DNA from: Eledone cirrhosa
Lineage: Eukaryota
Assembly (NCBI GenBank): GCA_964016885.1
Contig: OZ024743.1
Coordinates: 324,384,001 to 324,448,000 of the forward strand
DNA length: 64,000 bases
Reading direction: 5' to 3'
The position numbers were made by a program, and so were the translations under genes. Positions within the stretch are counted from its first letter, which is position 1. The number at the start of each line of letters is the position of its first letter. The notes beneath the pieces were generated by a model, which searched no databases, had not been told where the DNA came from, and was given only the letters and a program-made list of their open reading frames with translations. Below are positions 15,240 to 30,091 of the stretch, in pieces.

Positions 15240-16745
15240 GTCTCTGATCTCTTCGATTCTGTGTTGGATGTTTGTGTTAAGAGAGAGGCTGATCTGTCAA
15301 CTGATCACCATCTAGTTATCTGCAACTGCAGACAACCAAAAGCCAAAGAAGTCCATAAAACTGGCAGTCCAAGTTGACATACAGGATAAAGTAGGAAGCA
15401 TTGGTAGATAAGGAAGTCAGGACCAGGTATTCAGATACTATTGCATCCAAATTCAAAGAACTCTCTAAGCAAACTGAGGATGTTGAGACAGAGTGGAGAT
15501 TGTTCAGCTCAGCTGTTTAATGCTGCAGGCGAAAGAGGCTTGGTATGCCTTGCTTCAATCAAGTGGACCCCTTGCATCAATCAAGAAGTCAAAGATGCCA
15601 TCCAAGCAAAGAATGAGGCCTACAAAGCTTGGCTTGGAAATAAGTCCTCCTTCATGCACTTGCACAAGTAGGCATGAAAAGTCGCAGCAGAGAGTGTAAA
15701 GGTGTCCAAAGTTAAGACATGGGAGGACTTTGGGGTTAAGCTGGAATCTGACTTCAGATCAGCAAATAAACTGTTCTGGCAGACTTTGTAATAAGAAGTC
15801 CTCCGCCACACCTGCTATCAGGAATGCATCTGGGGTTCTCCTCTGCTCAGAGAGTCGCATCCTTGTAAAGTGGAGAGAATACTTTTCTGATCTCCTAAAC
15901 CTAATCATAACAGCATCTTCTGATGTACATGAGATGCATCTGGGAGCAATGCCTAATCTCTCAGAGGTTGAGGTGACATGAGCAATTAAAGCGTTCAAAT
16001 GTGACAAGGCAGCTGGGGAGGATGAAATTCTGCCCTGAATATTAAAAGCCTTAAATAGAGAAGGTGTTCTCTGGCTGACTCGTATGTGCCAGGTAGCTGG
16101 TTTCTGGATAAACATCTAAGCAATGGCCATCAGGAGTGATATAACCCAATTTACAAAAAGAGATGAGAAAGATTGCTCCAATTATAAAGGGAGCTTCTTG
16201 TTAAGCCTCCCCAGTAATGTCTATGCTAAGTGTCTGGCAAAGAGATGTAGGGAGATTGTAGAATCCAAGCTACCTCATGAACAGTGTGGTTTTCATCTTG
16301 GATGCAGCACAGCTGACCAAATATTCATACAGTGACAAATCTTTGTAAAATCGTGGCAGTACTGCCAAAAGGTGTATTCTTGCTTTGTAGACATAGAAAA
16401 GGCATATGACCGTGTTCCACGGGACCTGCTGTGGAAGGTTCTGCAGGAATATGAGATTGATGGTCAGTTTCTTGTTACCTTGATGTCTCGATACGAATGC
16501 CTCATTATTTGTGTTCAGATAAATGGTGCTAAATTAAAGCCATTTAATGTGGGAGTCAGATTTCGTCAAAGGTGTGTGCTGTCACCTCTTCTGCTCATTA
16601 TTTTCATGAACAGGATTGACATGCACAGCCAGGTTAGAAGTGGTATCATGACTGGCAGGTGTAAAATCAGTCGGCTTGAATTTGCAGACGACATGGTATT
16701 ACTTAACTCATCAGAAGGTGATCAGTAGGTTCTTCTGAGATGTTT
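15240..16745 (+). mobile_element. Decayed RTE-clade LINE (endonuclease end plus RT)
   Basis: Broken frames with DHHLV, EQCGF..G.STADQIF, CFVDIEKAYDRVPR, VLSPLL and FADD motifs. Confidence 0.9.
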
Positions 16746-17699
16746 GGAATAGCCAAGTTATTTATTTATTTTAGCATTCCACATTATCGATACTTTCATC
16801 TTTAACTACGCACCAAATTTCCACATTTACCTAATTTTTGAAAATATTTTATGCAATCGATTCGACAATCTTGTTTCGAGACAGATATTCAGTTTCTTTC
16901 ACAGAAAACGAGGGTAGATTCTTTTTATTTTGAAAAACCTTTTTGGGTACCAAACCACCTGAAACCAACCCTGGTTCTACAAAACAAAATCGTTTATATT
17001 TATCTAAAAAATTTCCACCATAACTTTAGGTAAGAACCTTTGTTAAGTGATGTTCCAAGCACAAACTTAATATACCAATATATATACCATCATCGAGTGT
17101 GAACCTTGAATTTTTGAAATTACTAATCGCCCAGGAAATAAATTTATTATATAAGATGTAGGAAACTCAGACACAGAAAATAACTGCAATTAAATTAGTT
17201 GCTATGAAATAGCTTATAAAAAACAGGTAAAGACCTCCATAGACGGGGAAAAAATGTTGCCAGCGGCTACAACGAAGAATCGAACTCTGCATCTCCTAGA
17301 TACGGCTAGATGTTCTAAGGGAACCCTGACAACGCCTTACATTCTAAATAAGGAGATGAATCAAACAGCCTTTGAAAATATAAACAAGCGTCTTGTGTGA
17401 AGCTCAACAGTTGTCTTTTGTGAAGATATGCACAACAGATATGCCAACCTCTAAAAACCCAAACAGGGAGTACCATGAAAAACAAATGCCCCAAAACGGG
17501 GAGAGTTGACAAATCTGGTACTAGCTTAATCCATTTGATATCAAACTGCCTGGAATTTTTCATGGTTATATGGTACAAAACTGTTTGTTTTTAAATGTTT
17601 ATCAAAAAGCTTTCCATCACTTTATTTACAAACCATTGTTAAGTTGTGTTCGAAATACCAGCTTAACATACTAATATATATTTGTCTTTTGTTATATAT

Positions 17700-18990
17700 G
17701 GGGATGGTCATATTGTCAATAGAAAGAAAAACACGCACCATATAAGTTTCACTTTATCTTTATTGTTCGTTATTCATTTATTTATCAGGGTTCTTTCATC
17801 ACACATTTTGTGACCACCTCAATGATTATCTGTTTTGTGCTTCCTCTTTTTCCTGATCTTAAACTTCTATTCCATCTTGTCTTTGTTTTGTGATGCGTTT
17901 TTGTGTTTCGTGTCTGTGCATGCTCCTGCGTCTCTGTGTGTGCGTATGTGATTTTGTGTTTGTCATGTCTACATGTGTTTTATGTGTGTATAGGTTTGTA
18001 TCGTTGGCTGTGTGTGACTTTATTCTATCTTCAGTCATTAAGTTGCAGGCTATTACTATTCCACTCATATTTTCTGTTCAGGCTAGGAATATCTTCTATT
18101 ATGTGAGTAGCCTCCGTAATTGGTCTGAGTGGGGATAGGATCTTTATTTCCATGTTATCTATTGAGCCCTCGTGTTTTAGTTTGCATATTGGTATAGCAC
18201 TGATGAGCTTTTCTCCTCCTTAAGTTCTTGCCAGTATTCCTTTAATCTCTCTCCTATGCTACGCACTGTCTCTTCTACGTATGTCATTGTCTTGTTTCTG
18301 CATAATCCTTCTGTACATTTTTAGTTTTACAGTTTATCTGTGGGCTTATCTTACGGACTATACAGTTTCTATCAGTACAGGAGTTTTTCTTAAAGAGGTA
18401 TGTCCTACAGATCCAGGATTTTAAGGTAGTTCCTGGCTTTTCTACTACTTTAATCCTAAGGTTCATTTTGTCTAAAGCTCTTCTAAAGCGATATCCTAGT
18501 TTTCCTCTAGAGGTAGTATTGACGAACATGACACTTTGGTATTTTTGGCTGTCATACCATGAGTTGGCCTTCCCTCCCTTCTCCTTAGTCCTTTCTCTGC
18601 TATTCCATGATTTGCTCCTGTATAGTGGGCAAATCCCATTCTCATAATTTTTCATAATTATTTTGAATCTAGTCATGACTCCTTTGTACACCATGATCCT
18701 GTCTCTTTGGTTTTAACCAGAGAACTGCATGTGGTGGATAAAGTGCTGTATATGTCTCTTTAACTCTGTTGGACTGCACACATGGAACACATTTCTATTC
18801 ACCCTTATCAGGTTTGCTATCAAGATATTGAACTTAGCACTATTTGAGATAGCTGAATTTCAGTGGATCAGGTACTAGGAGGCTTTGATATAATGTGAAT
18901 GGAGGATTTGAACTTTATCATTCCTAGTTTCCATCCAGGGTTCTGTGTCTAACACGAGTCATCTATGGTTGGGATGGTCTACTGTTATCT
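17700..18990 (-). mobile_element. Decayed Penelope-like element (RT thumb, linker, start of GIY-YIG, 3' UTR)
   Basis: SVMFV...IKVVEKPGTTLKS...C..C...NCKTKNV in the 18284-18694 ORF. Paralogous to 53916-54410. Confidence 0.7.
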
Positions 18991-19774
18991 TCATGCTTCG
19001 GTGGATAGACCATCCCCAAATATAACAGTGTTGGTTTCAACACACAATTTCACATTAATAATCTGGCAAAACAAATGCATATTTGTCTTTTCTTATGCAC
19101 CAAATAACTCACATGAAACTACTAATTGGACTATCACACTAAATTGTTTATTTTAAATTGCTTACATTTATCTAAAAAAAAAAAAAAAAATCCATTACAA
19201 TTTTATGTAAGAACCTTTGTTATGTCTTGTTCCAAACACCAGTAAAAGCTAGTTATATTAATAAATCTCTCCAAATTCTTAATTACTTTCGAAATCCATG
19301 TAATTAATAATAAAAAAATAATTAATGATTTACAAAAGAAATAAATCGATAAAAAAGTCCGAAAGGAAAGGAAAAATAACAGAGAAAACATACACAGTCA
19401 ATTAAACAGAATGACAGGTAATACTGTCTCGAAAAAAGATATGAAAATTATAGGTAGTGTGTTTTATCAGAAATATGATAACGAAAGGGTTATTGTTTCA
19501 TGTGTTTGTGTCTCGTCTGAAGTCTCGTTCATAGCAGACGTCAACGTTAATTTGACGTATCAATTAAGCTGTCAGTTTTGCCGCCAGAAATTAATGCACG
19601 TATAACGTTTTTATATATATATACTGGGTGTAATTCACACACCCTGATGTCTAGTAAATTATATAAACCACGCAACAACACAACTGGGTTTTATTTCTGG
19701 CAACTTCCTGTATGTCTTCAAGGTCAATTAACCAAATAAGTTACTCGTATTTTATAAGTTTTATCTTCATATAA

Positions 19775-20060
19775 TAATTGTTTCTACTTTTGGCACAAGG
19801 CCAGCAATTATCCCAGTACATTACTGGTACTTTATTTTATCGACCCTGTAAGGATGAAAGGCAAAGTTAAATGATTTCTAATTTAGGCCAGCAATTTCGA
19901 CGGAAAGTCGATTATATAGACACCAATACATGACTGGTACTTTATTTTATCGACCTCGGAAGGCTGAAAATTGACCTCGCCGGAATCTGAAGACAGAAAA
20001 TAAAAACCCGGAACAAATGCTGCTAATCATTTGTCTAACGCTCTTTGCCAAGCCACCGTC
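19775..20060 (-). mobile_element. Two adjacent SINE family A fragments
   Basis: Core actggtactttattttatcgacc occurs twice. Confidence 0.8.
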
Positions 20061-20634
20061 GGCATATCTTCCTCAAATAATGAAGTATTGTTTCACAAAA
20101 CACCCTGGGATCTTCCGGATATATAGAAGGGACGTTTGGTTGAGTTGAGCTGCTAATAACGAAGTTCTTGTCATCGTTGGCGGCTCGCCTTACCGAGGTG
20201 TCAGCTGTTGCCCGTAAGGCTGCCTGGTTATTTCAGAATCTAACACACAATACCAAAGTAACGAAAGAACTAACAGGTTATATATATTACGTCTTAAAAC
20301 CGGCCTTGATATCCATAACTCCGCCCAATTCAGCGGCCTACCGGACATTGCCTAAATAGCTGTATGGTCAGTCCACTTCTAGATTAATACAATTCAGTGA
20401 TGTAGCTAGTCTTGATCGTAATGTCAAGCGTTCAATTCCCGGACTGTTGGTCTCCTACAGAATGTTCATATCAACTCTGCTGAGAATGAGTACCAGCAGC
20501 ATATAGGAGGTTTAACAGTGCGATAAGACGAGTGTAATATTAAACATTTTCTAATTGGAATACGTTCAACGCCATTATCATTATTCACAGCACTAGTCCG
20601 TTAGTCACAGCAATAAACTCTACGTTTATTACCA

Positions 20635-20820
20635 TAATTGTTTCTACTTTTTGCCACAAGGCCAGCAATTACTCAGTACATTACTGGTACTTTATTTTAT
20701 CGACCCCGTAAGGATCAAAGGCAAAGTTAACCTTGGCGGGATTTGAACTCAGACCATAAATGGCCGTAACTCTTTGCTGCAAAGCATGGCGTCCGACTCT
20801 CTACTGATACTGCCAATCCA
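20635..20820 (-). mobile_element. SINE family A
   Basis: Near full-length match to the other copies. Confidence 0.85.
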
Positions 20821-20842
20821 AGTCTTCCTTCCATTGCCCCTC

Positions 20843-20938
20843 TACCAGTTCACCATCACCCCTCATCATTCCTCCTCCGTTACCAGTTCACCATCACCCC
20901 TCATCATTCCTCCTCCGTTACCAGTTCACCATCACACC
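20843..20938. repeat. 38-bp tandem repeat, about 2.5 copies
   Basis: taccagttcaccatcac at 20843, 20881 and 20919. Confidence 0.9.
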
Positions 20939-21909
20939 TTATCCTTCTGGTCTGGTGTAGTTAAATCATTTCTCTATTAGAGTCTAGTTAGTCTACATTT
21001 ACTCTTGGTGGTGGCGGCGGTGATGTTATTGTTGTAGGTGGGTGTAATGATGGTGGTGGTAGTTCGTTAGAGATTTGACCCCCCCCCCCCCCTACTTCTT
21101 CTTACTCGTCATTACATGTCCACCTGGTTGGTGTGATTGTTGACAACAGTTTTGTAACCCCCCTCTCTCCTGTCACCCCTACTCCACCCAACCCCCATCA
21201 TTACCTCCACAACCCCCACAACCCCCACCCCACTACTACTACCACCACTACCACCACCACCACCAATTACCTTCCAATACAATATGTAATATAATTAACT
21301 CAATTATTACCATTGCATTACCATATTTCTTTACTGTTTTACTTCCGTTTACACTTCTTTTTCTCTTTCCTTTCTTTTTTTCTTTTCTTCTTTCTCTATT
21401 TCGTTATTTCTTTCTTTGCTGATTGTTTTCTAACCCCCCCCCCCCCATACACACACACACTGCAAGCCATTACCCACCCCCACCTCATATCTTCATTATT
21501 TTTTCTGCTTTTCTTTCATGATTAAAAAAAATCCATTGTATTTTTTACTATTTATTGCAGGGAGGACAGTTCTCAAAACCCTTTTAGGGTCTCCGAGACT
21601 GGTGTGAAAAAGGGATGAAAGTATCCTGGTTCGAATGCTTGCCATTAAGTGGACTCTACTAAATTTACTAATTTTTTGATTTTATTTTTCATGGGGTTAA
21701 AACCTATGACCAGATTACAAACAATGTGATGAAAATGTTGACACTAGAACCTACAAGATGAACTGACTGTTTCAGCGGATCTCCCTTGCTATACTTCGGG
21801 ATAATGCCTCTGCATTTCTGTCCTTCGTTTGGGCCAGAAGGTAACACCCACCTGAAATTCTGCATTTCAAAGTGAAAGAACAATTGAGAGAAAGAATATA
21901 ACAACCTTT

Positions 21910-21985
21910 CAGTGATGTAGTTAGAGTGTGTGCCGCCCGGGACAGCCCTTCAATTTGCCGCCATAAAAAATTACATATTGCGCAG

Positions 21986-22032
<47 letters not shown>

Positions 22033-22162
22033 CTAGTCTGTACAATTATAATATTATGCTGCAGCGTTAAAAGAACACTTATGGCCTACAGCTGACCCAA
22101 AAGTGCTGCCCCCTTAATAATGTCGCCTGGGGCGGACTGCCTCTCCTCTAGCTATGCTACTA
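21910..22162. mobile_element. hAT-type MITE
   Basis: Imperfect TIR cagtgatgtagttagag / ctctagctatgctacta with 8-bp TSD caaccttt / caagcttt. Confidence 0.6.
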
Positions 22163-22169
22163 CAAGCTT

Positions 22170-23105
22170 TATTGGCTGATTCTAGGTTGAACAAGCAAAT
22201 GATATACAGACGACATTCTAAAAATGCGCTGAAGAAGCTGAAACACACACACACAGAGGTGGAGAGGAGTATGGAAAAGTCAGTTGAATAATCAGAAGAG
22301 AGATGAAAAGACTGAACGAATAATGTTTTAAAGCACAGTGCACTGAGATGGAAAAAATACCTGAGCAAAGACAGCAGTAGAAGGTGCTTCCAATTCATAA
22401 AAGCCTTGACAAAACTACTGCAGCTGAAAGTCAGCTGCTTACAGGATGGACAGGAGAAATCCCTCATGGATAGTGAAGATATCTTGAAGTGGTGGACTGA
22501 ATACTACTCAGAACTTTACAATCACTAGAGTTGTGGAGACCCATGTGCACTTGTCTGTCCAAAATTAACAAACAAAGGTGATTTTCATATGCTAAAAGAA
22601 GAAGTCGAAGCCGACATAAAAACATTCCCCCCAGGAATATGCAAAATCACAAGGGAGCTGATCCAACATGGAGGGGAAACAGTTGTAGACATGCTTACAA
22701 AATCTAGTTTATAGGAGAATAGCCCAAAACCCTGAATACAGTTGCTAATCTCCATTCTTCTGAAGAAAAGCAAACATGAACAGTACTCAAACTATCTTAC
22801 TATAAGTCTCATCAGTCATGCCACCAAAGTCAGGCTTAAAGTGATTCTGAACTGCTTAAATCCACAAGTGGAAGACGTCATTGCAGAAGAACAAGCTGGA
22901 TTTCACAAGGGAAGAAACACCATAGAGCAGATATTCAATCTCCAGGGTCTGTGCAAGGAATACAGTCAACAACCACCAGGTGATATCATACCTTCATAGA
23001 TTTCTTTTTTAATCCTTCAACATGGTGTGGCATGAGGGACTGTGGGCCATGATGAAGAAATTCAATATTGGCAAAAAGCTGACTGATATCATTAGCCAGC
23101 ACTAT
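22170..23105 (+). mobile_element. Decayed RTE LINE, 5' part of RT
   Basis: NYLTISLISHATKV, EEQAGFHKGRNTIEQIFNL and VWHEGLWA motifs. Confidence 0.85.
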
Positions 23106-23427
23106 AAATGAAATAAATAAAAATTCCAAATGTATTTTTTGGTCACGCCCTTTTCACTGACAACATACCTATTGATTCATCTATGGGTGAAGCATTATAT
23201 ATGCTGACTGTAAAAGGGTGTAGTATTCAAAACAACACCACTGGACAAAACTAATATTTTTATCTAGATGATTTGCATTGAACAAACAACAATGAATATT
23301 CTGCTATTATTCCTCCTTTAGTCAAAATACAGCAATCATATTTCATTGGTCAAATATTTTGTAATATGTGCCAAAATATATTGTTACTTTCATAAAATAC
23401 CCGGGAATTGCCGGGTACTTCTGGTAG

Positions 23428-25340
23428 TATAATATAAAAGATAGGTGTCACACAAAATCTGACAATATCTCATGATAAAATTGATGCTATTTGAAATTAA
23501 TCTACGGCGTATATCAATTTAGCTTTTGGAGGATATTGTCGTATGTTGTTACTGACCTAATTCTGATAGAATGTCAGCTTATCCTCTATGGCCGCCACGT
23601 AAGATCGTGTGATCGGCTGCTATTTTGCATTTATTTTTATTTTTATTTTTATTTTTATACCGCTTTGTATTGTTTGCTTTTTTCACAGTATTTTTCAAGA
23701 ACATTAATTTCAATATGTTCAAAACACCGCTCATTTATCGGGAGAGTTACTAGGTCCACCAAACGCATGGCATCTTCAAAAGAAAGAGAAAATCAGGAAC
23801 AATATGAAAAAAGACTTGCGAGTAAATGGTTAAGGCAACAAGAATGACGATCATAACGCTCTGACATTCAGCAGAATATGAGGTGGAAAGCAGAAAGATT
23901 AAGGTAACAAGAAAGACGATCGTAACTTTCTGAAAGTGAACAGAACCTGAGACAGGAAACAGAAAGATTAAGGCAAGAAGAAAGACGATCGCATCAGAAG
24001 GAGGCTGAATATGAAAATCACCAAAAAGCAATGAGAGTTGAGATGCAAACTCGACGAGCCCAAAGGAATATTCAAGGCAGAATATACTGGCTAAGAGCTG
24101 CGTTTTCATATGATCCATCGAGGCATTATAGAAATGATCTTAAAGTTACGATTGGTAGCATGGACATTACATGCAACAGATGTGGAACCAGAAATGGAAG
24201 GAAGAAACACTTGGCATCTATTGCTTACGAGGAAAGGTCATACTTCCACTGATAGAAGATCCTCTGCCTGTTATCCAAATACTGCTTACAGACCATACTA
24301 ATGAAGCCAAACACTCTAGGAGCAATATTATGCGGTATAATGCTGCATTTCAGATGACATCTTTTGGAGCTGAAAAAGATCATACTGACGCACAGGATAT
24401 ATTAAGGGAGACGAACTATGACATAAACAAGCTTACACAATATGTCAATGGAAATGAAGAAAAGCTGGTTGAAGATCCCAAAATTGCTTATGAAAAAATA
24501 TTAACCAGTATTGACAAGAATGACGGAGGTCTTTACTTCTTCAATGCAATGGAAGATGATCCGGTACTACATGAGTAGGTTAAAAAGTGTATGATCCATG
24601 TGGTTCTGGAACTCTTTCTTCCTCATGCATACAAAAAGGATTTTGCCAAAAGGACTATCCAAAAACCTTACAGAGAGGAAACATTAAACCTAAATGGATA
24701 TCCAGAGTACAGGAGACGTAAGACTGGAACTATAGCGCAAATTAGATGACATTCAGTAGACAACAGCAATGTTGTGCCATTTACTGCCTTTTTGCTTAAG
24801 AAATATCGTGCACATATTAATGTTAAAGTTTTCTCTTAAATATGTTTTCAAGGGGCCTGATTGTACGTCCATAGAAGTAACCAATACTGCATTACCTAAT
24901 GATGATCAAAACCAACACAACCATGATGAAATAAGAAACTATCTTTGTTGCAGGTATGTGTCTCCGCCAGAAACAGTGTTGCGTCTCTGAATTTAAGCTT
25001 TACCGTACATCACATACGTACATCACAGTGTACAGGCTAGCTATATACCTGGATAACCAACAGAGAGTATACTTTCAACGAGGCAATGCTCAGGTCACAG
25101 TATAAATGTAAGAACACTGAGACACGACCCTCATTGCCTGGTTCAAACTTAATGAAGGAAACGAGAATGCAATCAACTACCTATATCCCAAAATTCCGAA
25201 ACACTGTGTTCAATGAAATCAACAGAAAATAGATGTCAAGAAGGAAGAATAACATCGTTAGTAGCATGTACACAGACAGCCCCAGAGTTGTTGAAAAATT
25301 TTATTTAAGAATATTGTTACTTCACGTAAAAATCATCCGT
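23428..25340 (+). mobile_element. Decayed Helitron Rep/helicase fragments
   Basis: KWKEET..C..GKVILP, NIMRYNAAFQMTSFGA, GYPEYRRR, LKYVFKGPD, DEIRNY...RYVSPPE, TTLIAWFKLN and FYLRILLLHVK motifs. Confidence 0.85.
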
Positions 25341-25449
25341 CCACGAAATAATTACAAATTTATCTTTAAATCCTTTAAATCTAAGGGAGAAAACTCTGGC
25401 AATTTGTAAAGGGAAATAACTAGGTAAATTTGATTGTGTTATCTTCCAT

Positions 25450-25990
25450 GACAAGACTCTACTTGCACACTTCTGCCATGGTAAAGTTGAATGTCATGGA
25501 AAAACAACTCCATCAGTTTTTCAATGAACTTCAAATTATACAAGTCCTTTGTGACTTCGATCCTTTTGTATGGGTGTGAGAGTTGGACTCTCACACATGG
25601 AAAGAAGAATTCAGGCATTCAGACAGTTGTTTCAGAAGGTTGCTACATATGCCATACATGGAACAAAACATAAATAAAAACAAATAGCTTTGTCAGGCAG
25701 CAAGTTAACAAATATGCTGGCAGACAGGAACCACTCCTTGCGATGGGGAAAAGACGGAAGCTTGCGAGGTATGGTTATATATCCCGCCACAACTCCTTGT
25801 CTAAAACCATTTTTCAGTGCACAGACGAAGGAGGGCGGAGAAGAGGCAGACAAAGAAAATCCTGGTCCGACAACATCAATGACTGGTCACAACACCGTGA
25901 CTCTTCTACATATGACGGTGAATAGAGACCAATGACAACGTCTGACTGCAAACATCACTCGCTGTACCAGTTGCGACAACATGATGAATT
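25450..25990 (+). mobile_element. RTE LINE 3' end
   Basis: KLYKSFVTSILLYGCESWTL and RRKL..YGYISR...GGRRRGRQRKSWSDNI motifs. Confidence 0.85.
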
Positions 25991-26844
25991 ATGATGAAAT
26001 ATTGCATAATAAGGGTATATACAATGATATATTGATCTTGCAGTTTCAATAGAATTAAATACGAAGAATGCAATGTATATTAAGTATTGTATGGATTTTT
26101 ATGATATATTTTTGTATCATTTATGGCACAAGCAACAATAAGATTTATATGCAATAAAAATGCAAATCATCCTTTCTTAAATAGCTCCTCTTAACCTTTT
26201 TTCGTTCCGTGGAATTTCCATAGGTCTTGCTAGTATATATAATTTAATTATACACATTTTTTATAAAACTGATCCTCTAAGGTTCGGTAAATCGTCTGTC
26301 TGGGAAATGTGTCCTATACTGCTGGTTCGTTGGCCTTTATTATAACACCGGCCCTGCTCCCTGTACATATACGATACAAGGAGAAAGTATTTAGTGGTGT
26401 TTAATGTGATTTAGTATATACTTGAACAAATCTCAGGCACACTGTGTTTGTATTTTAAATGTCTATATCTAGTAATTGTAAATGTCTGGCAAATGACTTG
26501 ATCTGAGAATGCGTGTTGAAACTAAAGTAATTACATCGTAGAAGAGTCATTTAAACCTCATACTTGTCTAGCAAGTGATTTGATCTAGACTGTGTTGATT
26601 TACTTTGAAAACGAGCTATAGTTGTACTTGTCTGGCAGTTACAGCAGGAAAGAGTAATTTTAGCCACAATTATGCTTGTGATTTGATCTGAGACTGTGTT
26701 GTACTTGTCTGGCAATTATAGCATGAAAGAGTTATTTTAGCCATTTAAAAAAACACACAAAAACTGTTAACTTCTCTTTATATTTATAATTTATATATTT
26801 CATGCAATTATTACAATTGATTAATTAGCGGACAGAACTATACA

Positions 26845-27155
26845 ATAATTGTTTCTACTTTTGGCACAAGGCCAGCAATTATCCAGTGTATTACTGGTGC
26901 TTTATTTTATCGATCGCGTAAGGTGAAGTTAACCTCGGCGGGATTTGAACTCAGACCGAAAAGAGACGTAACTCTATGCTGCAAAGCATGGCGTCTGACC
27001 CTCTACCGATACTGCCAATCCACCGCTCGAACTATACAATAATTATTTCTATTTTTGGCACACGGCCAGCAATTATCCCAGTGCATTACTGGTGATTTAT
27101 TTTATCGACCACGTAAGGATGAGAGGCAAAATTAACCTCGGCGAGATTTGAACTC
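26845..27155 (-). mobile_element. Tandem pair of SINE family A copies
   Basis: One full and one partial copy. Flank gaactatacaataatt is repeated at ~26835 and ~27029. Confidence 0.85.
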
Positions 27156-27719
27156 GTGAACAGGTCGCAAACAGTGCGATGAAAATTTTAACACGAAAAG
27201 AGAAATGGTAAAATGTTAGTTTTTGTGTGTTTTTGAATAGCTGAAACGATTCTTCTACGATCAATAATTGCTAAGCTATGTTAAAAAACAGAACAAAACA
27301 AAAAACAAAAACAAAAACTAAATTAAAGGGAGAAAACTCTAACAAGTCTGATAATCTTTCAAGGGAGGCAACTATCTTAAATTATCTGGGGCTATACTCC
27401 ACAAAAGCAATCTCAATTGAAGTATTAAGCAAATAGCAATAGAAAAGGAGCCAATTTTCAATGATTGCTTTTGCGGAATATATATATATACAGTATATAC
27501 TCCTTCATGTTTGTATTTATCATTTATGTGGTTATAGACTTATGGCCATATGAACTTGGTCATTTTATTCTCGGTGTCACACATTCTTAACTTTGTGTTT
27601 ACTCTGGACGAAAATTGATTAACCTTTCGCACCACTGAGTGCTTTAATACTTCCTAAAACATTTCGATTGGTATCAGCTCTACTGCGGCCACAACACACA
27701 CGCATAGACACGCGCATAG

Positions 27720-28021
<302 letters not shown>

Positions 28022-28380
28022 ATATATATATATATATATATATAAAGAATTAATATCTAGTAACATATATATACATACTGATTGACCTCGATGTCACGTG
28101 ATTGATTCTTTTTGAATTTGCCACCGACGCAGAGGCAGTGATTTTCTCAATGGCTAGGAATTCAGTCCACGCTTTGCTATTTTCTATCCACTGAATTATT
28201 TTTTAATAAGTTTCCAGTGTCCACGCTTTGCCTGGATACTTAGATGAGAATAGACTTCTCTGACGACGGAATGCTTCTCTGTATCTTCTTCGGAAAATAT
28301 ATTTATTCCATTCCATAAACTAATTAGTTGGAAGTGATATTTTAGTAAGTAAGTTAATTTTATAATTTTCTTATTTTACG

Positions 28381-28487
<107 letters not shown>

Positions 28488-28898
28488 ATCTATGCTCATG
28501 TTTAGATATAGATGTGTTTCCTCTGACTTTGTTCTAACTCCCATACGGTTGAGTAAAATTGGGTTGTAACTAACTGCTTCTTCTAGCAATGAACTTACTG
28601 GCCACCAGTCTACCCCTCACAATACTTCTATCTTGATCGTTAACCAGGTGATCATTTTCGCTCCTTTTGAATTTGTTATTGGCGGCGATCACTTTTGAAA
28701 AAAATCGGTCCTAACTGAGGGAGTCCCTTGATAAGCTTGATGCCTCACGGATAATTCAGCGATTTTACACATTTCCACATAGCACAAACGAAACTGCCGG
28801 CAGTCGGGGCTAGAGGAATATCGGTAAACATTTATCTATTATTTCTTCAAAATTTCATTTTAAATTTAGCTCCATTTAATTGATTATTTATATAATTG

Positions 28899-28966
<68 letters not shown>

Positions 28967-28975
28967 ATTGATTAT

Positions 28976-29372
<397 letters not shown>

Positions 29373-29380
29373 TCTTTCTT

Positions 29381-29470
<90 letters not shown>

Positions 29471-29489
29471 AAATAAAATTAGGAAATTT

Positions 29490-29740
29490 AACAAAAAGAA
29501 GACAACGAACGAAAACGAGGCAGAACAAAAACATTTTTTTAAAGGAGAAAACTTTAAAAACAATTTTTTAAATAAAAAATCAAACGAAAGACACAGAACT
29601 CCAAGACTTCAGCCGTCGAGATGGACTTTGGCAGTTTTGACCCCTACTAACGGTACTTCTGGTCCACTCGGGGTCGTAGCATCTGACAAACAAGCAAAAG
29701 CGTTCTCCATGGCGTAAAAGACAAGACAAAACAATAACTT
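29490..29740. repeat. Unclassified dispersed repeat, second copy at ~48770-49020
   Basis: Diverged direct similarity (gacaacgaacgaaaa...gaactcca...cccctac.aacggt...tctgaca). Confidence 0.6.
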
Positions 29741-29901
29741 ACAGCAATTAAGCCATAACAGGAACACATAGAATTTTATGTTACGTCTAGGAGAAGGTAT
29801 TTATAGTAACGATAATCTCGTGAGACTTAAAAAAAGGATGGGGGTGGGGGCAAAGAAAGAAAAAAAAACGAAAGGAAAACAAAGGGATGAAGAAGAAAGT
29901 A

Positions 29902-29994
<93 letters not shown>

Positions 29995-30091
29995 CGTGTG
30001 TGTGTGTGTGTGTGTGTACATACTTTTGAAAGTAAACACATTTAACTTAATTATACAGTATGTTTTATAAAAGTTCTCCATATATTTCAGT

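Noticed and set aside
28260-28300. ctgacga...gaaa HHR-like string
   Set aside because: Stems I and III cannot be drawn convincingly.
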